This document shows, in pieces, positions 37,136-48,278 of a stretch of 64,000 nt of DNA. Position 1 is the stretch's first letter; each line of letters opens with the position of its first letter. Source of the DNA: Pseudovirgaria hyperparasitica (Eukaryota). Where the stretch lies: the NCBI GenBank assembly GCA_010093815.1, contig ML996570.1, one strand, 5' to 3'. The notes beneath the pieces were generated by a model that was not told the origin of the DNA, did no database searches, and saw nothing but the letters and a program-made list of their open reading frames with translations. Both the position numbers and the translations under genes were made by a program.

Positions 37136-39949
37136 GAAGTAACTACTAGCGGCTAGGACGATAGAGACTACGAGGATGCCGACCGAGACGGCGGTGTTAT
37201 AATATATAAAGACATGGAAGTCAATTAGTAATAGTATATAATTAGACTTACGTGTTAGGGCTACTTAGTCACGGCTTCTTAGTAAGTATACCTCTATATC
37301 TATTTTAGATATAGTTATAATATCCTACTAGATAGATAGTTTAGCTCTATTAAAGACCTATTAAGGGTATTTCTATCACGTCTACTCTAGTATAGACGCG
37401 CTATTAGATAATACGGCGCCACTAGACACGTTAACTAGTACCCACCGATTAAGAAATAAACACGATTCTATATCTACTATAAGCCCCGGCCTAATAACGT
37501 AGGCTTCCTTTGGTTATCCCCTTTATACTTTTAAAACTACTTCTAGCCTTTATATCGGGAGATATTACTATCTAAAGAGAAAATATAAAAAAATATACGC
37601 CCTAATCAAAGCCTCTATCTTTAGACTTTAACCATGATATATACGGGATATAGTAAACCTAAATATCGTGTACTTTAAAAGCATGGAAGGATATAATACT
37701 TAAATACGACGAAATATAGGCTTACGATACTCGGAGAGTACCTAGGGATAAGTATATAAATATAAAATGGGATAAGACTAACGCGGCACCTTATATATGT
37801 GTAGCCATATACCGTCCTAGACGTAGTCGCCTATAATATAATATTACGAGATAAGAATCATAGCTATCTAATTCTATTAAGGGTATTAGACGACATGAAG
37901 TAAATAACCACACGTCTAACCACGCCACGCTAAGTCACGTGCGTGTTATAAACGCGTATTCGAGGAATAATAAGGATATAAACGAGGTTCACCTAGTAGG
38001 TGCCTCGTTATTCCAGCTTCTACCTCTATCGTCCGACCTATATCTCCGTCTTTCTCACGCCTATAATATACTATATATATACTATATAATTAGTCTATAA
38101 ATTATAAATACTATATTAACTATACACGTTAACTATATATGATTAATATATCGAATCCGATTCTATAATAAAGTAACCGTCCGAATATAGTAATTACTAT
38201 AGTACTACTTCGTATCTTAAGTCTAGATATATAAGTAAAGCGTAAAGCTATGGAGGCGTGTATAAGGTAGCTATATATAGAAGCATATACGGCTACTCTA
38301 CTTATAGACTATAGGCGTTAAACTAAGAATAAGCTTAGCGTAAAAAGAGCACGTAAGATTATTAATAAGGTAGCGGGCGAATTCCTAGTAGTATAGGAAA
38401 GAGTAGTAGAGTGCATAGAGATGAAGGCGCTATACTATATCTACGACTAGGTACGCACTATAGTATAGAAAACCGTATATTATAGAAAAACTATCTCCGA
38501 GTGTAAGAAGAGGCGCGTAATTATAGCCCTATATTCTATAACCTTATAACCCCCGTCTATCACGACCTTATAGCTCTCGTATACCACGACCTTATAGTCT
38601 ATACTCGCAGCGGTCCCACAGCCCACTAACGTATATACTATAAGAAAAATCAAATTTATGATTAGGTTCGAAGATAACGCATTCCTCGAAATACTAGTAC
38701 CTACGTCTAACTAGTAGAAAGACCATAGCGACGCTTCGTATATTAATTCGGTAGTATTTATACGGCGAATTAGAGTCTAATACGTAACGAAGACTAGGAG
38801 GGCACTTAACTAGAGCCGTGCTACCATGTATTCTATTATGCTAGTAGTCGAGTATACGATAAGTAAAACGGAACTAGAGATAGATATTAGATGGCTCCTA
38901 TAGTTAGTAATCGAATGTATCCTAGAATATAGTAATAGTGTAATACTCCTTAGCCTTAGATAGGATATAGATAGTATACCTAAAGTAAAACGAAATATAA
39001 ACCAGCGACTAACATATAATAGCATAGACGGCTATATATAGGTTACGCTTAAATAAATCCGCCCCTCCGTCCCTAATGCTATACTCACTATAATTAGTAT
39101 AATAATAGTAATAGAAAGCTACCGCCTATGACGGTAGAGATACCTATAGAGATAGTATTATAGGTAGTAGATAGCATTACCTAAACGACTTAACCCTTTC
39201 TCTAGCGATACTATATATACTACTATCGGCACTCGGGAAGTCGCGAGACCGATCTATAAGCTCTAAAGATAGTAACTTCGAAAGCCTTAAAAGTACCTTA
39301 GATATAGAGGATATAGATATCGCTTTTAAAGACTAATAGGATAATAAAAAGGGTGCTAGAGACAGTAAGAGTAGCGTGTATACTTAGCTAAGGCGATACA
39401 ATCTAACGTAAGACGGCTTCTACCTACTATATATTAGTATATACCCGATTCTACTAGCTATATAACTATAGTATATATATTCGGTTAAGACGTTACGATA
39501 CTAGTATAAGCCGGCGTCTACCTAGTTTACGTCGGGATACGCCCGGTCCTACTAGCTATATTATTACTACGACTATAATTATATAAGATCTACTCTAATA
39601 ATTAAACATTTACTTATATACTTTACTTCCTCCGTACTTATTAAAATTACGTTATAATTACTAAACGCGGCGACTTAACTTCTACCGCCTAAATCTAGTT
39701 TTTATATCTTGTCGCCATTAACGCCGTCTTACTATCTATAGCCTAAGTCATATATAGGAATAGATAGGTATAACGAGAGTCACGACTATCCTAGTTTAAC
39801 TACCAGCCATAGAATAGCTAACTATAACACGTATATACGACGTGCGGAGGCCTTAAGCGTTAGCGCCCTCCTACCTTACATCTAGTACCTCTAAGGCCTA
39901 TACCTAATACCCGAAATAAGTCATGATATATATAGGGCTACTATTATTA

Positions 39950-42900
39950 AGATAGTAAGTAAAGAAGTAGTAATAGAGCTTAAAACTAGTAGTATAGACA
40001 CTACTATACTCTATAGAATAGTTAAGGAAACTATTACTAGAGAATTCAATTGGCATATCGCGGCTATAAATAGTAAGTTAGTACCGACGGTTACGACCAT
40101 AGATATAATAGAGGCTAAACTAGACATAGACACTATAGGCATAGGTACGTAGATATAGTTACCGCTAGAATATAAGGAGAAAGATAATGTGGAAGATGCT
40201 AAAATGGAAGACGACGCAGCTAGTATACTTAGATACATATATACATACACGGTCCTAGATACTAATATTAGAGTAGTATCGAATATAGGCGCGGTTATAA
40301 CCACCGATATAGATAATCCATCTATAAATATCGTCGTGCCTAGCGAAGCTTATCTACGTATAAACACACTAGCTATAGAGACATAGTTATAGTTACCGTT
40401 AGAATATACGGAGAAAGAGAATATAGAAGATACTAAAATGGAAGACGACGTAGCTAGTATACTTAGACATATATATATATATATATAGTCCTAGATACTA
40501 ACATTAGAGTAGTATTGAAGATAGGTGCGGCTATAACTACCGATATAGATAATCTATCTATGAATATCGTCGTGCCTAGCGAAGCTTATCCACGCGTAAA
40601 CATACTAGCTATAGAGATATAGTTATAGTTACCGCCGGAATATACGGAGAAAGAGAACGTAGAAGATACTAAAATGGAAGACGACGTAGCTAGTATACTT
40701 AGACACATATATATATATATAGTCCTAGATACTAACATTAGAGTAGTATCGAAGATAGGTGCGGCTATAACCACCGACATAGATAATCCACCTATGAATG
40801 TCGTTGTACCTAGCGAAGCTTATCCACGCGCAAATATACTAGCTATAGAGATATAGTTATAGTTACCGTCGGAATATACGGAGAAAGAGAACGTAGAAGA
40901 TACTAAAATAGAAGACGACGCAGCTAGTATACTTAGATATATATATATATACATGGTCCTAGATGCTAACATTAGAGTAGTATCGAAGATAGGTACGCCT
41001 ATAATTACCAATATAGATAATTCCCCTATAAATGCCGTCGTGCCTCTAGATACTAGTAAGACTTATCTATAGCTACTAGAAATAAAGAGGACACTCTTAG
41101 ATAATATAGTAAACCTGGTCGATTCTCCGAAACGCCCAAAACTAGAATATATTATACTACTAGATGTCGACCGGTAGACACGTGAAAACCAGGAACTATT
41201 CGGGTTAGTAGATAATTTATATAGTAGATATATATCGGATAGTATATTAGCGAACGGCCTTAACTTTAAAATCCTTTCTATAGACGATGACTCTAACGGA
41301 GATAAAGCAAAGCTAGATATAGAGGACTTAATTCTAGTAGATAATGATGTTAGTACGAAACTATAGAAAGCGTAAGTTATACTAAGAAGTAAGTAGGAAT
41401 ATATACTACCATACTAATATACCTATAGAATATTCGCCGTTAATAACTCCGATAAAGTAGTCTAAGCTATCTCTTATTATATAGAAGAGATACGGTTACT
41501 TACTATAAGTATATTTAGGCTTACGCTAGACGACCTAATAAAGGAGTTTAGCTATACACCCACTCTATATCTAGCCTTTAGTATAAGTAGGTTATATAGG
41601 CCATGGGCCGGCTAGTTACTTACGGTAGTTACTATATTTAAGTAGCGGGCGGGTCCGTGGAAGTGCTAGATCTTAGTAGATAGTCTAGGGCTAGGAAAGA
41701 TAATTATGCTTATAACGTTCATCCGCCTCGCGTTTTATTAGAACTTTCTACGCGATAATATAGAACTTAATCTAGAAAATCACCTATAACCGACTTAAGA
41801 CTCGGGCATAGATAGAAAGTGCCCGATATAATCTCTATATCCGATTAAATGTCCGTGTAGCTAGACCGATAATTTCGTCTATATACCCCGCCTTCAAGGA
41901 CCATTTATACTATACTACCTAAGGTCCCTTCTAATAGCGTATTGGCCGTAGCGCTTTAAATAGATATATAATAATACGGATAGCATGTTCACCGATTAAA
42001 TTAATAAACGGAACCCGATAAAGATAATAGTACGGCTAGCGTACTTAAAAACCCTTACCGACGCCCCTAGTATCCAATAATTCTCGTATATAGACTAATA
42101 ATACTTAGCTAAGAGATGCCTACACCCCGAATGGGAATATAGCATCGATATTAGTAATACTACTAAATTCGAGACCAACGAGGAGTATATTATTAGGGCA
42201 TGGTTAATTCCCGTTAATAGGACCGCTACCACCGAATTTCCGTCGCGATACGCGAAGAACCATATAATCTATAGCACTATCTAGAGTATAGAACCCTAAT
42301 ATCTTAAATCTTTTAAGGGACGCGTAGTTATAAGAGTAAAGAGGGCGAAATAATTCGGTACTAAAAACACTTAAACTTGCAAAGTAGTATTCCTTAGTAT
42401 ATTAATAGTAGACGAGTTCTATTCCGTAAAGAACCCCGATATAAAACAGTATAAATATATGATATATAATACCCTTATATTTAGTATATGGGTTAGTATA
42501 ACGCCCCTCTCGAATAGTCTAGTAGATATTCTAGCGGCTATCGAGGCAGGTGCTCCGGATAAGTTACCCGACTATATTAACGATAATACTACTAAAAGGG
42601 TATTCGAGAGCCTATAGAATAAAACTATAAGGAAGATTATTATAACGTGGTTAAATAAACTCCTTAGTTTAATAAAAGGTAAGCCGGCGGACACGATAGC
42701 CGCGATAGTCCGTAGGGCATTAGAAACCATAGAAGGTAAGCGCACACTACGTATAGTAGCCGATTAGTATTTACTATTCATTCTATAACGGGGACTACTA
42801 ACTAAATAGTTTAACGGAGAGGCATGTCTATCCACGACATTAAAGCTAGTAGTAGAGTTTATATCTATCCCGGCTATAGAACTAGAGAAGATAATTATAT

Positions 42901-43900
42901 AGTCATACGAGAATAGAGGTAGATAGTTTAATAATCCATAGCCTAATAGAACGCCGCGGGACTCGTAGGTATAATCTACCGCCTAGAGTAAATTAAAAGG
43001 GGGTACCGGGTCCGGGCTTAACGCATACTACTATTAGGCTAGGCTAGCTACTACGTGTATACTACTTATATACCTTACTAATAAAAAGATAGAAGACGAG
43101 TAAATTAATATCACGCTTACGCGTCGGAGGGATAGTAATAATAGTATACTAAGTAAGATAATTACTAATCCCGTACGCGAAGCGCTTCTATAGCTAGATA
43201 AGGCTATATAAAAGAAGATAGTATCGCTAGCTAATAAACACGCTTCGAAGGTAAACTAGATCCGTAACTTTATTAATAATAATGTTTATAATAAAAGTAC
43301 TAGACACGCGCGATGAATATCCGCTAACTACCCGGAGAAAATCGTACTCGTATATACCGTACTAGTAAGCTTAATGTTTCTATACTTAGTAAGTGTTTAT
43401 ACTACCTACTAGTAACGTAATTTACTAATATATATAGGTACTACGTCCATATGCACAAGCGAAAATATTAGTATATTTACTAGCCGGCCTAAGTACGTCC
43501 GAATTAAATAAGGTATATAGATTATTTAGGTCGACCAAGTCGGATTCTCCGTGTATTCTACTAGTATTAGCTTTATAGGTCTACGAAGGATAAGACCTAA
43601 TAGTCGCCGGTTTTATAGTATTAGTAGACTAATGCTTACGTAAGGAGACGTGGCCGTAGGCAAGCATAAGATATTATCGCCATGAATAATATCGGCCTAT
43701 AGTATATGCGTATACTTTGATTTTAGACTATTTAGAGGTCGAGGCTAGACTCGCCGCGTTAGGTAAGGTAATCGAAAGCACGAGAATATAAGCCTTAGAC
43801 CTAGGAAAAGGAGATACAGCTACGGTAGAGATAGCCACACCTAACATGCTAGTAATAGGCGTACGCTTTAATCCCATAGAGATATAGTAGTATAGAAGTA
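39950..43900 (+). pseudogene. SNF2-like (SF2) ATPase/helicase (transposon cargo; limits approximate)
   Basis: De-RIPed motif I ILADGxGLGKT 41670-41702; Ia GPFMLCCPRSLL ~41899-41934; II VDEFHSVKNP ~42408-42437; III WVSATPLSNS ~42489-42518; V/VI EGQDLMVAGFVVLVD..QASIRYHRHEQ ~43585-43690. Intron GTAAGT..ACTAAT..TAG ~43388-43437. Confidence 0.78.
40156..41045 (+). repeat. 234-bp tandem repeat, about 3.8 units
   Basis: Units start TAGTTACCG at 40156, 40390, 40626 and 40860 (spacings 234, 236, 234). The ORF track shows repeated MEDD(A/V)ASIL..VLDTNIRVVS. Confidence 0.92.
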
Positions 43901-44029
43901 AGTAAGGTAGTCAGTCAATTAGCTTCTAAGAGACTAGATAGCATAGTAGTATAAATACGAACCGCTATTTACTCGTGATTACATGTCTATATATATCTAT
44001 ACGTGAAGAGAAATAAGATATTTATTCTA

Positions 44030-44560
44030 TACCGTTATATAGTAGAACGTTACTATATATACCGGCATATAACGGAATATTCTAACATACGCCGGTATAT
44101 TATAGGATATTCCTAGATACTCGAAGTATAGTCGTAGTATAAAGTAGCATTACTATTATATGCCGGCATATAGTAGGACGTTACTATATATGCCGGTATA
44201 TAACGGGATCATATTCCAATATACTATACGCCGCCGGTATATTATAGAATATTCCTAGATACTCGAAGTATAGTCGTAATATAAAGTAGTATCACTATAC
44301 TATGCCGGCATTTAGTAGGATATTACTATATATACCGGTATATAACGGGATTAAACGTTTTCTTAACGTTCGATAGAATAATTCTAAAAGAACCGGGACG
44401 GCTCTAGAAGAACTAGGACGACTCCGGGAGGACTAGGACGACTCTAGAAGGATTAGAATAACTCTAGAAGTACCAGGACGACTCTAGGAGGATTGGGATA
44501 ACTCTAGAAGTACCGGGACCCATTTGGGATAACTTTAGAAGTACCGGGAGACCTAGAAGC
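44030..44560. repeat. Subterminal repeat arrays of the Plavaka element
   Basis: A ~130-140 bp unit repeated about 2.3 times (44040, 44171, 44313), followed by at least six 20-bp units like GACTAGGACGACTCTAGAAG (44391-44520) next to the TIR. Confidence 0.85.
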
Positions 44561-47233
44561 ATTGGGAGCGCCGTATCTTTCCTAATGTTCTTAACTCTTT
44601 ATAGAGTTTTTTAGATTATTAGGTATATTATCTAATCCTTATAGATATAGATTTATATAGATTTACTATAATTTAGTACGATTTACGTAATTTACTAATT
44701 TTTATACTATCCTTAGCTAGTAATAATATAATTCGTAATAATCTATATAAATCGGTAATAATTATAATATGGTTTCCTAAAATCTTAACGCTCTAAAGTA
44801 ATTAGCGCGGAAATAGACGCCTTTAAATAATCCCTATCTTATATACGTTACTAATATATTAAAAGCTATTAATCTACTCTAATCTAAGCCAGGCTCTAAT
44901 AATCTAGCTATATATTATTATAGTTATCGCTTTCTATCGTATATTACTTACGGTAGTACGAAATCTATAATATATAGTACTTATATAACTAAGAAGCGTT
45001 ATTACTTATAAATATTTAAGTAAGTTTAAAGAACTTTACGTAGATTTACTTATATCGGTATAGATTACTACTAGGCCTCTAGTAACCTCTACTAATAAGA
45101 AATATAGTACTACTAATCGTAACGCCTTAGAGAAGGCTTTCTATAAGCTATATATCTAAGGTAAGAGTTACGCCTAGGAGTATGATTCTAATAAGATCCG
45201 TAAGGATTTATTAGAATCTACTATAGCTATTATTACCGCGATTACTAGATAATATCGTTTTTCTTAAATTATTATAGATTCTTACTAATATATATTAATC
45301 TCTATAATAGTACTAAAATCTCTACTATTTCGGACTTCTTTCTATATACTAGTAATATTAAAATTCCTAGAAAAGGTTCTAGTAAAAAGGCTAAGGTTCC
45401 TTCCTTATATATGCTAAAGAGCTATAAATTTAGGGAAGATAGCTCTAATCTAGAAGTTTCTATACTAAAGGTATATGGTTCTATACTAATCGTTAAATCT
45501 TTTTACTAATTTATATAATTCTTAGCGTGCCTACGCCGGTCCGTCCCTCTCTATTCTAGGTCCCGTCGCTCTATAGGTTTCTATAAAGGAGTTTATAGCT
45601 ATAAGGCACGCTATATAGAATTTATAGCGTCGGAACGAAAGGCTAGAGACTTATATTATAAAGCTCTATACTATACTAAATAAGAACTAGCGGAAGGAAT
45701 TAGATATAACTATTGCGGTAATTAGTACTTCTACTTCTACTCCGACTTAATTAGTTTAGATCTATACTAATTAGTACTAATATATTTCTTTTATCTAGCG
45801 TTTTTAGTTTTCAGTTTTAATTTTAAAGTAATCTTACTTCTTCTAGATAGATTAGTATAAATTTATATAGATCTATATAGATCTTTATATTTTCTTTTAG
45901 CTTTCTTAATTTTATCTTTCTTTAATAATAACTTCTTTAATCTCTTTAGTAATCTATACCGATCTATACCGATTAGCACCGATTTTTAATATCTATTTCT
46001 CTTAGTAAATTATTTTTCTAAGTCTCCTTTTTAGTTAAATTTTTTAAAGTTCTAAGTTTAAACTTTCTAAGGAAGTTCCTTAATTCCTTAGAATATTTTA
46101 AAGATCTATATCTCTTTTACCTTCTTCCTTTTAGGCGGCTATCCTTAGCGCCGAACTATACTAAAAAACGTTAAATCGCTATACTTTAGTATAATTCTCT
46201 ATAATTCTACGGCTTCCTTTATTAATCGCTACTTATATACTAATATCGCTACTTTACTAATATTTATTATAGGTTCCTAAGTATCTTCATTAGGATTATA
46301 TTCTTTCTAATAAATTTTATATAGCTATATACTATCTTCGGCGCGTTACTAGCTAAGTATCTACTTAACTTTATAGATATCTATATCTTCTTACGTAACT
46401 ACTTTATATAGTATCTATTTAGAATAATCTAGTAATAATAAGGCATGAAATAGCTCGAGAAGTATAATATAGAATATATTATATATCTTTAACGTAGGAG
46501 GGAGTTATAACTTATATATCTAGTTATTAATTATATAAGTAATCTTATATAGATCTATTATTATATAGTTAAGCTTCTTCTTTAGCCTAATACTATAAAT
46601 ATTCTTACTATTTAGTAAAACTTTATCTCTAATATTAAAGATTATAGGTTTTCTACCCTTATTATAGTGCGATTTACTATAATCCGTAGTATCTTATAGT
46701 AACTTTATAACACTTCTTTACGTTTAGAATAGTTCTATAGTAATTTCTATTACTTTAATATTAGGTTATTCTACTTTAAACTAAGTCCCTAAGAACTATA
46801 TATTATAGTTCTAACTAAAGTTTACTTTAAACGGACTTACGTAGATTAACGTATATCGGCTATTATTATATACGAATTCCGCGATATAGACTAACCTTAT
46901 CTAGTTATTCTACTTATAGTTATAATATACGCGTAAATACGCCTTAACTATCTAATTCTACCGCTCCGTCTATCTATCTATTTATAGATAGAATATAGTA
47001 CTAAGTTTCCACTTAATTTCTAGCGTATAGTAGAAATTCTTCTAAAATTTAGATATTATCTACGGATCTCTATCTAAAACTATACTATTTAGTATACTAT
47101 AGAGCCGAACTACGTTATAGAGTAGTATATCTATAAGATCTAGTACTTAGATCGTCTTTCTTATAGGGATATAGTATAATATCTTTATAAATCTATCTAG
47201 AACTACGAGTAAACTATTATAAATATACCTAGA

Positions 47234-47859
47234 TATTAGGCACGTAAGGAGCACGTGGCCTGCCAGTTGATTCTACATGTATGTAGTAGTCGTATATAAG
47301 TAGTATACTCCACCCTTAAAGTAGTAGCTTTAAGATTCGGTTCTTTTAGTATAGTTAGTTAGTGCGTGGAGCCCGCCTCCTTATATAATCTTAAAGCTAC
47401 TACGGGGTTACGGGTTTAACTCTCGGTCTAGTTAACTATTATTAAATTTCGTATAATTCCGTTTAGCTTACTATGTTACGTATACTTTATATACGTAACG
47501 GATAATATAGTAGTAACATTACTACGGTAAGTTAGCGTGTCTAGTACTAGAGGCGGTATTACGAATATCGATTATATGCATATAGTTTATGCTAGGCCTA
47601 GTGTGGCTAGCGCGTATACTAGGCCTATTATAGCTAGTTTAGTTTATCTTTTATAAGGTAGTATACCTATAATGCGTAAGGACACGCGCCTTTGAGAAGG
47701 GAGATAATGTTAGGTATATAAGGAGTACGTAGCCTACTAGTTAATTCTATATATATATAGTAGTCGTATATAAGTAGTGTACTCTACCCTTAAAGCAGTA
47801 GCTTTAAGATTCGGTCCTTTTGGTATAGTTGGTTGGTATATAGAGCCCGCCTCCTTATA
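47234..47859 (+). mobile_element. TRIM (miniature non-autonomous LTR retrotransposon), 626 bp
   Basis: 152-bp LTRs at 47234-47385 and 47708-47859; TSD CTAGA at 47229-47233 and 47860-47864; PPT GAGAAGGGAGATAA before the 3' LTR; 322-bp non-coding interior. Confidence 0.92.
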
Positions 47860-48040
47860 CTAGAATACTTACTTAGAGATAGATCTATAATAAAATCTAT
47901 TAATAATTCCTTCCATGCCTCCTTTAGTATAGGTAATAGCCTTAATTTACTATATAGTAAGTATCTATATACTTTCGTATACTAGTAAACGTTATACGTT
48001 TTTACGTAGTCTTTTATATATTTATAAAGACCCGGCTAGT

Positions 48041-48278
48041 TGTTAGGACGGGAACCATAATAGACCTATATGGACCATTCTAATCCATGCAGCCACGTAG
48101 TGGCCAGAGCTAGGTTAAGTCAGCTAAGTTAAGCGAGGTTACTATATAAGTGGACCGCATAAACCGATTCCTACTCGTTAGGAATCAACCTCGTATAAGA
48201 GTGAGATTGCTCTATAAATATATTCCTATGTCTCTCTATAAACTATTAGACTACTATCCCACGTCTTCACTCTTTATA
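48041..48278 (+). repeat. 5' LTR of Gypsy B
   Basis: Direct repeat of 55887-56124; TATA box TATATAAG at 48143. Confidence 0.93.

Larger units (their letters stand above)
32600..37228 (+). pseudogene. UPF1-like superfamily 1 helicase with three C-terminal CCHC zinc knuckles (transposon cargo; start approximate)
   Basis: De-RIPed Walker A HGYGGAGKS 35033-35059; Ia VIIGPTNETCDDA ~35219-35257; Walker B VVMEEAA ~35801-35821; III VGDPRQL ~35897-35917; YAAQ ~36320; V DGSQG ~36452; VI GFLS..VAITRAK ~36515-36565. Knuckles CRKCNVEGHKSIEC, CNNCQDIGHKANVC and CYNCGTTGHTRRHC at ~36824-37000. Confidence 0.85.
22646..44587 (+). mobile_element. Giant (21.9 kb) Plavaka/CACTA-like DNA transposon with cargo genes, RIP-inactivated
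   Basis: 26-bp TIR CATTAGGAAAGATAC(A/G)GCGCTCC(T/C)AA at 22646-22671 and 44562-44587 (24/26). Flanking TT on both sides (2-bp TSD). Subterminal tandem repeats and an internal Plavaka transposase. Confidence 0.88.

Noticed and set aside
32600..37228. Helitron Rep/Pif1 helicase
   Set aside because: Motifs (GDPRQL, DGSQG, VAITRAK, EEAA) are UPF1-like rather than Pif1-like, and I saw no Rep HUH motif or separate Helitron ends.
44391..44560. CRISPR-like array
   Set aside because: Contiguous tandem units with no unique spacers, in a eukaryotic context; these are subterminal transposon repeats.
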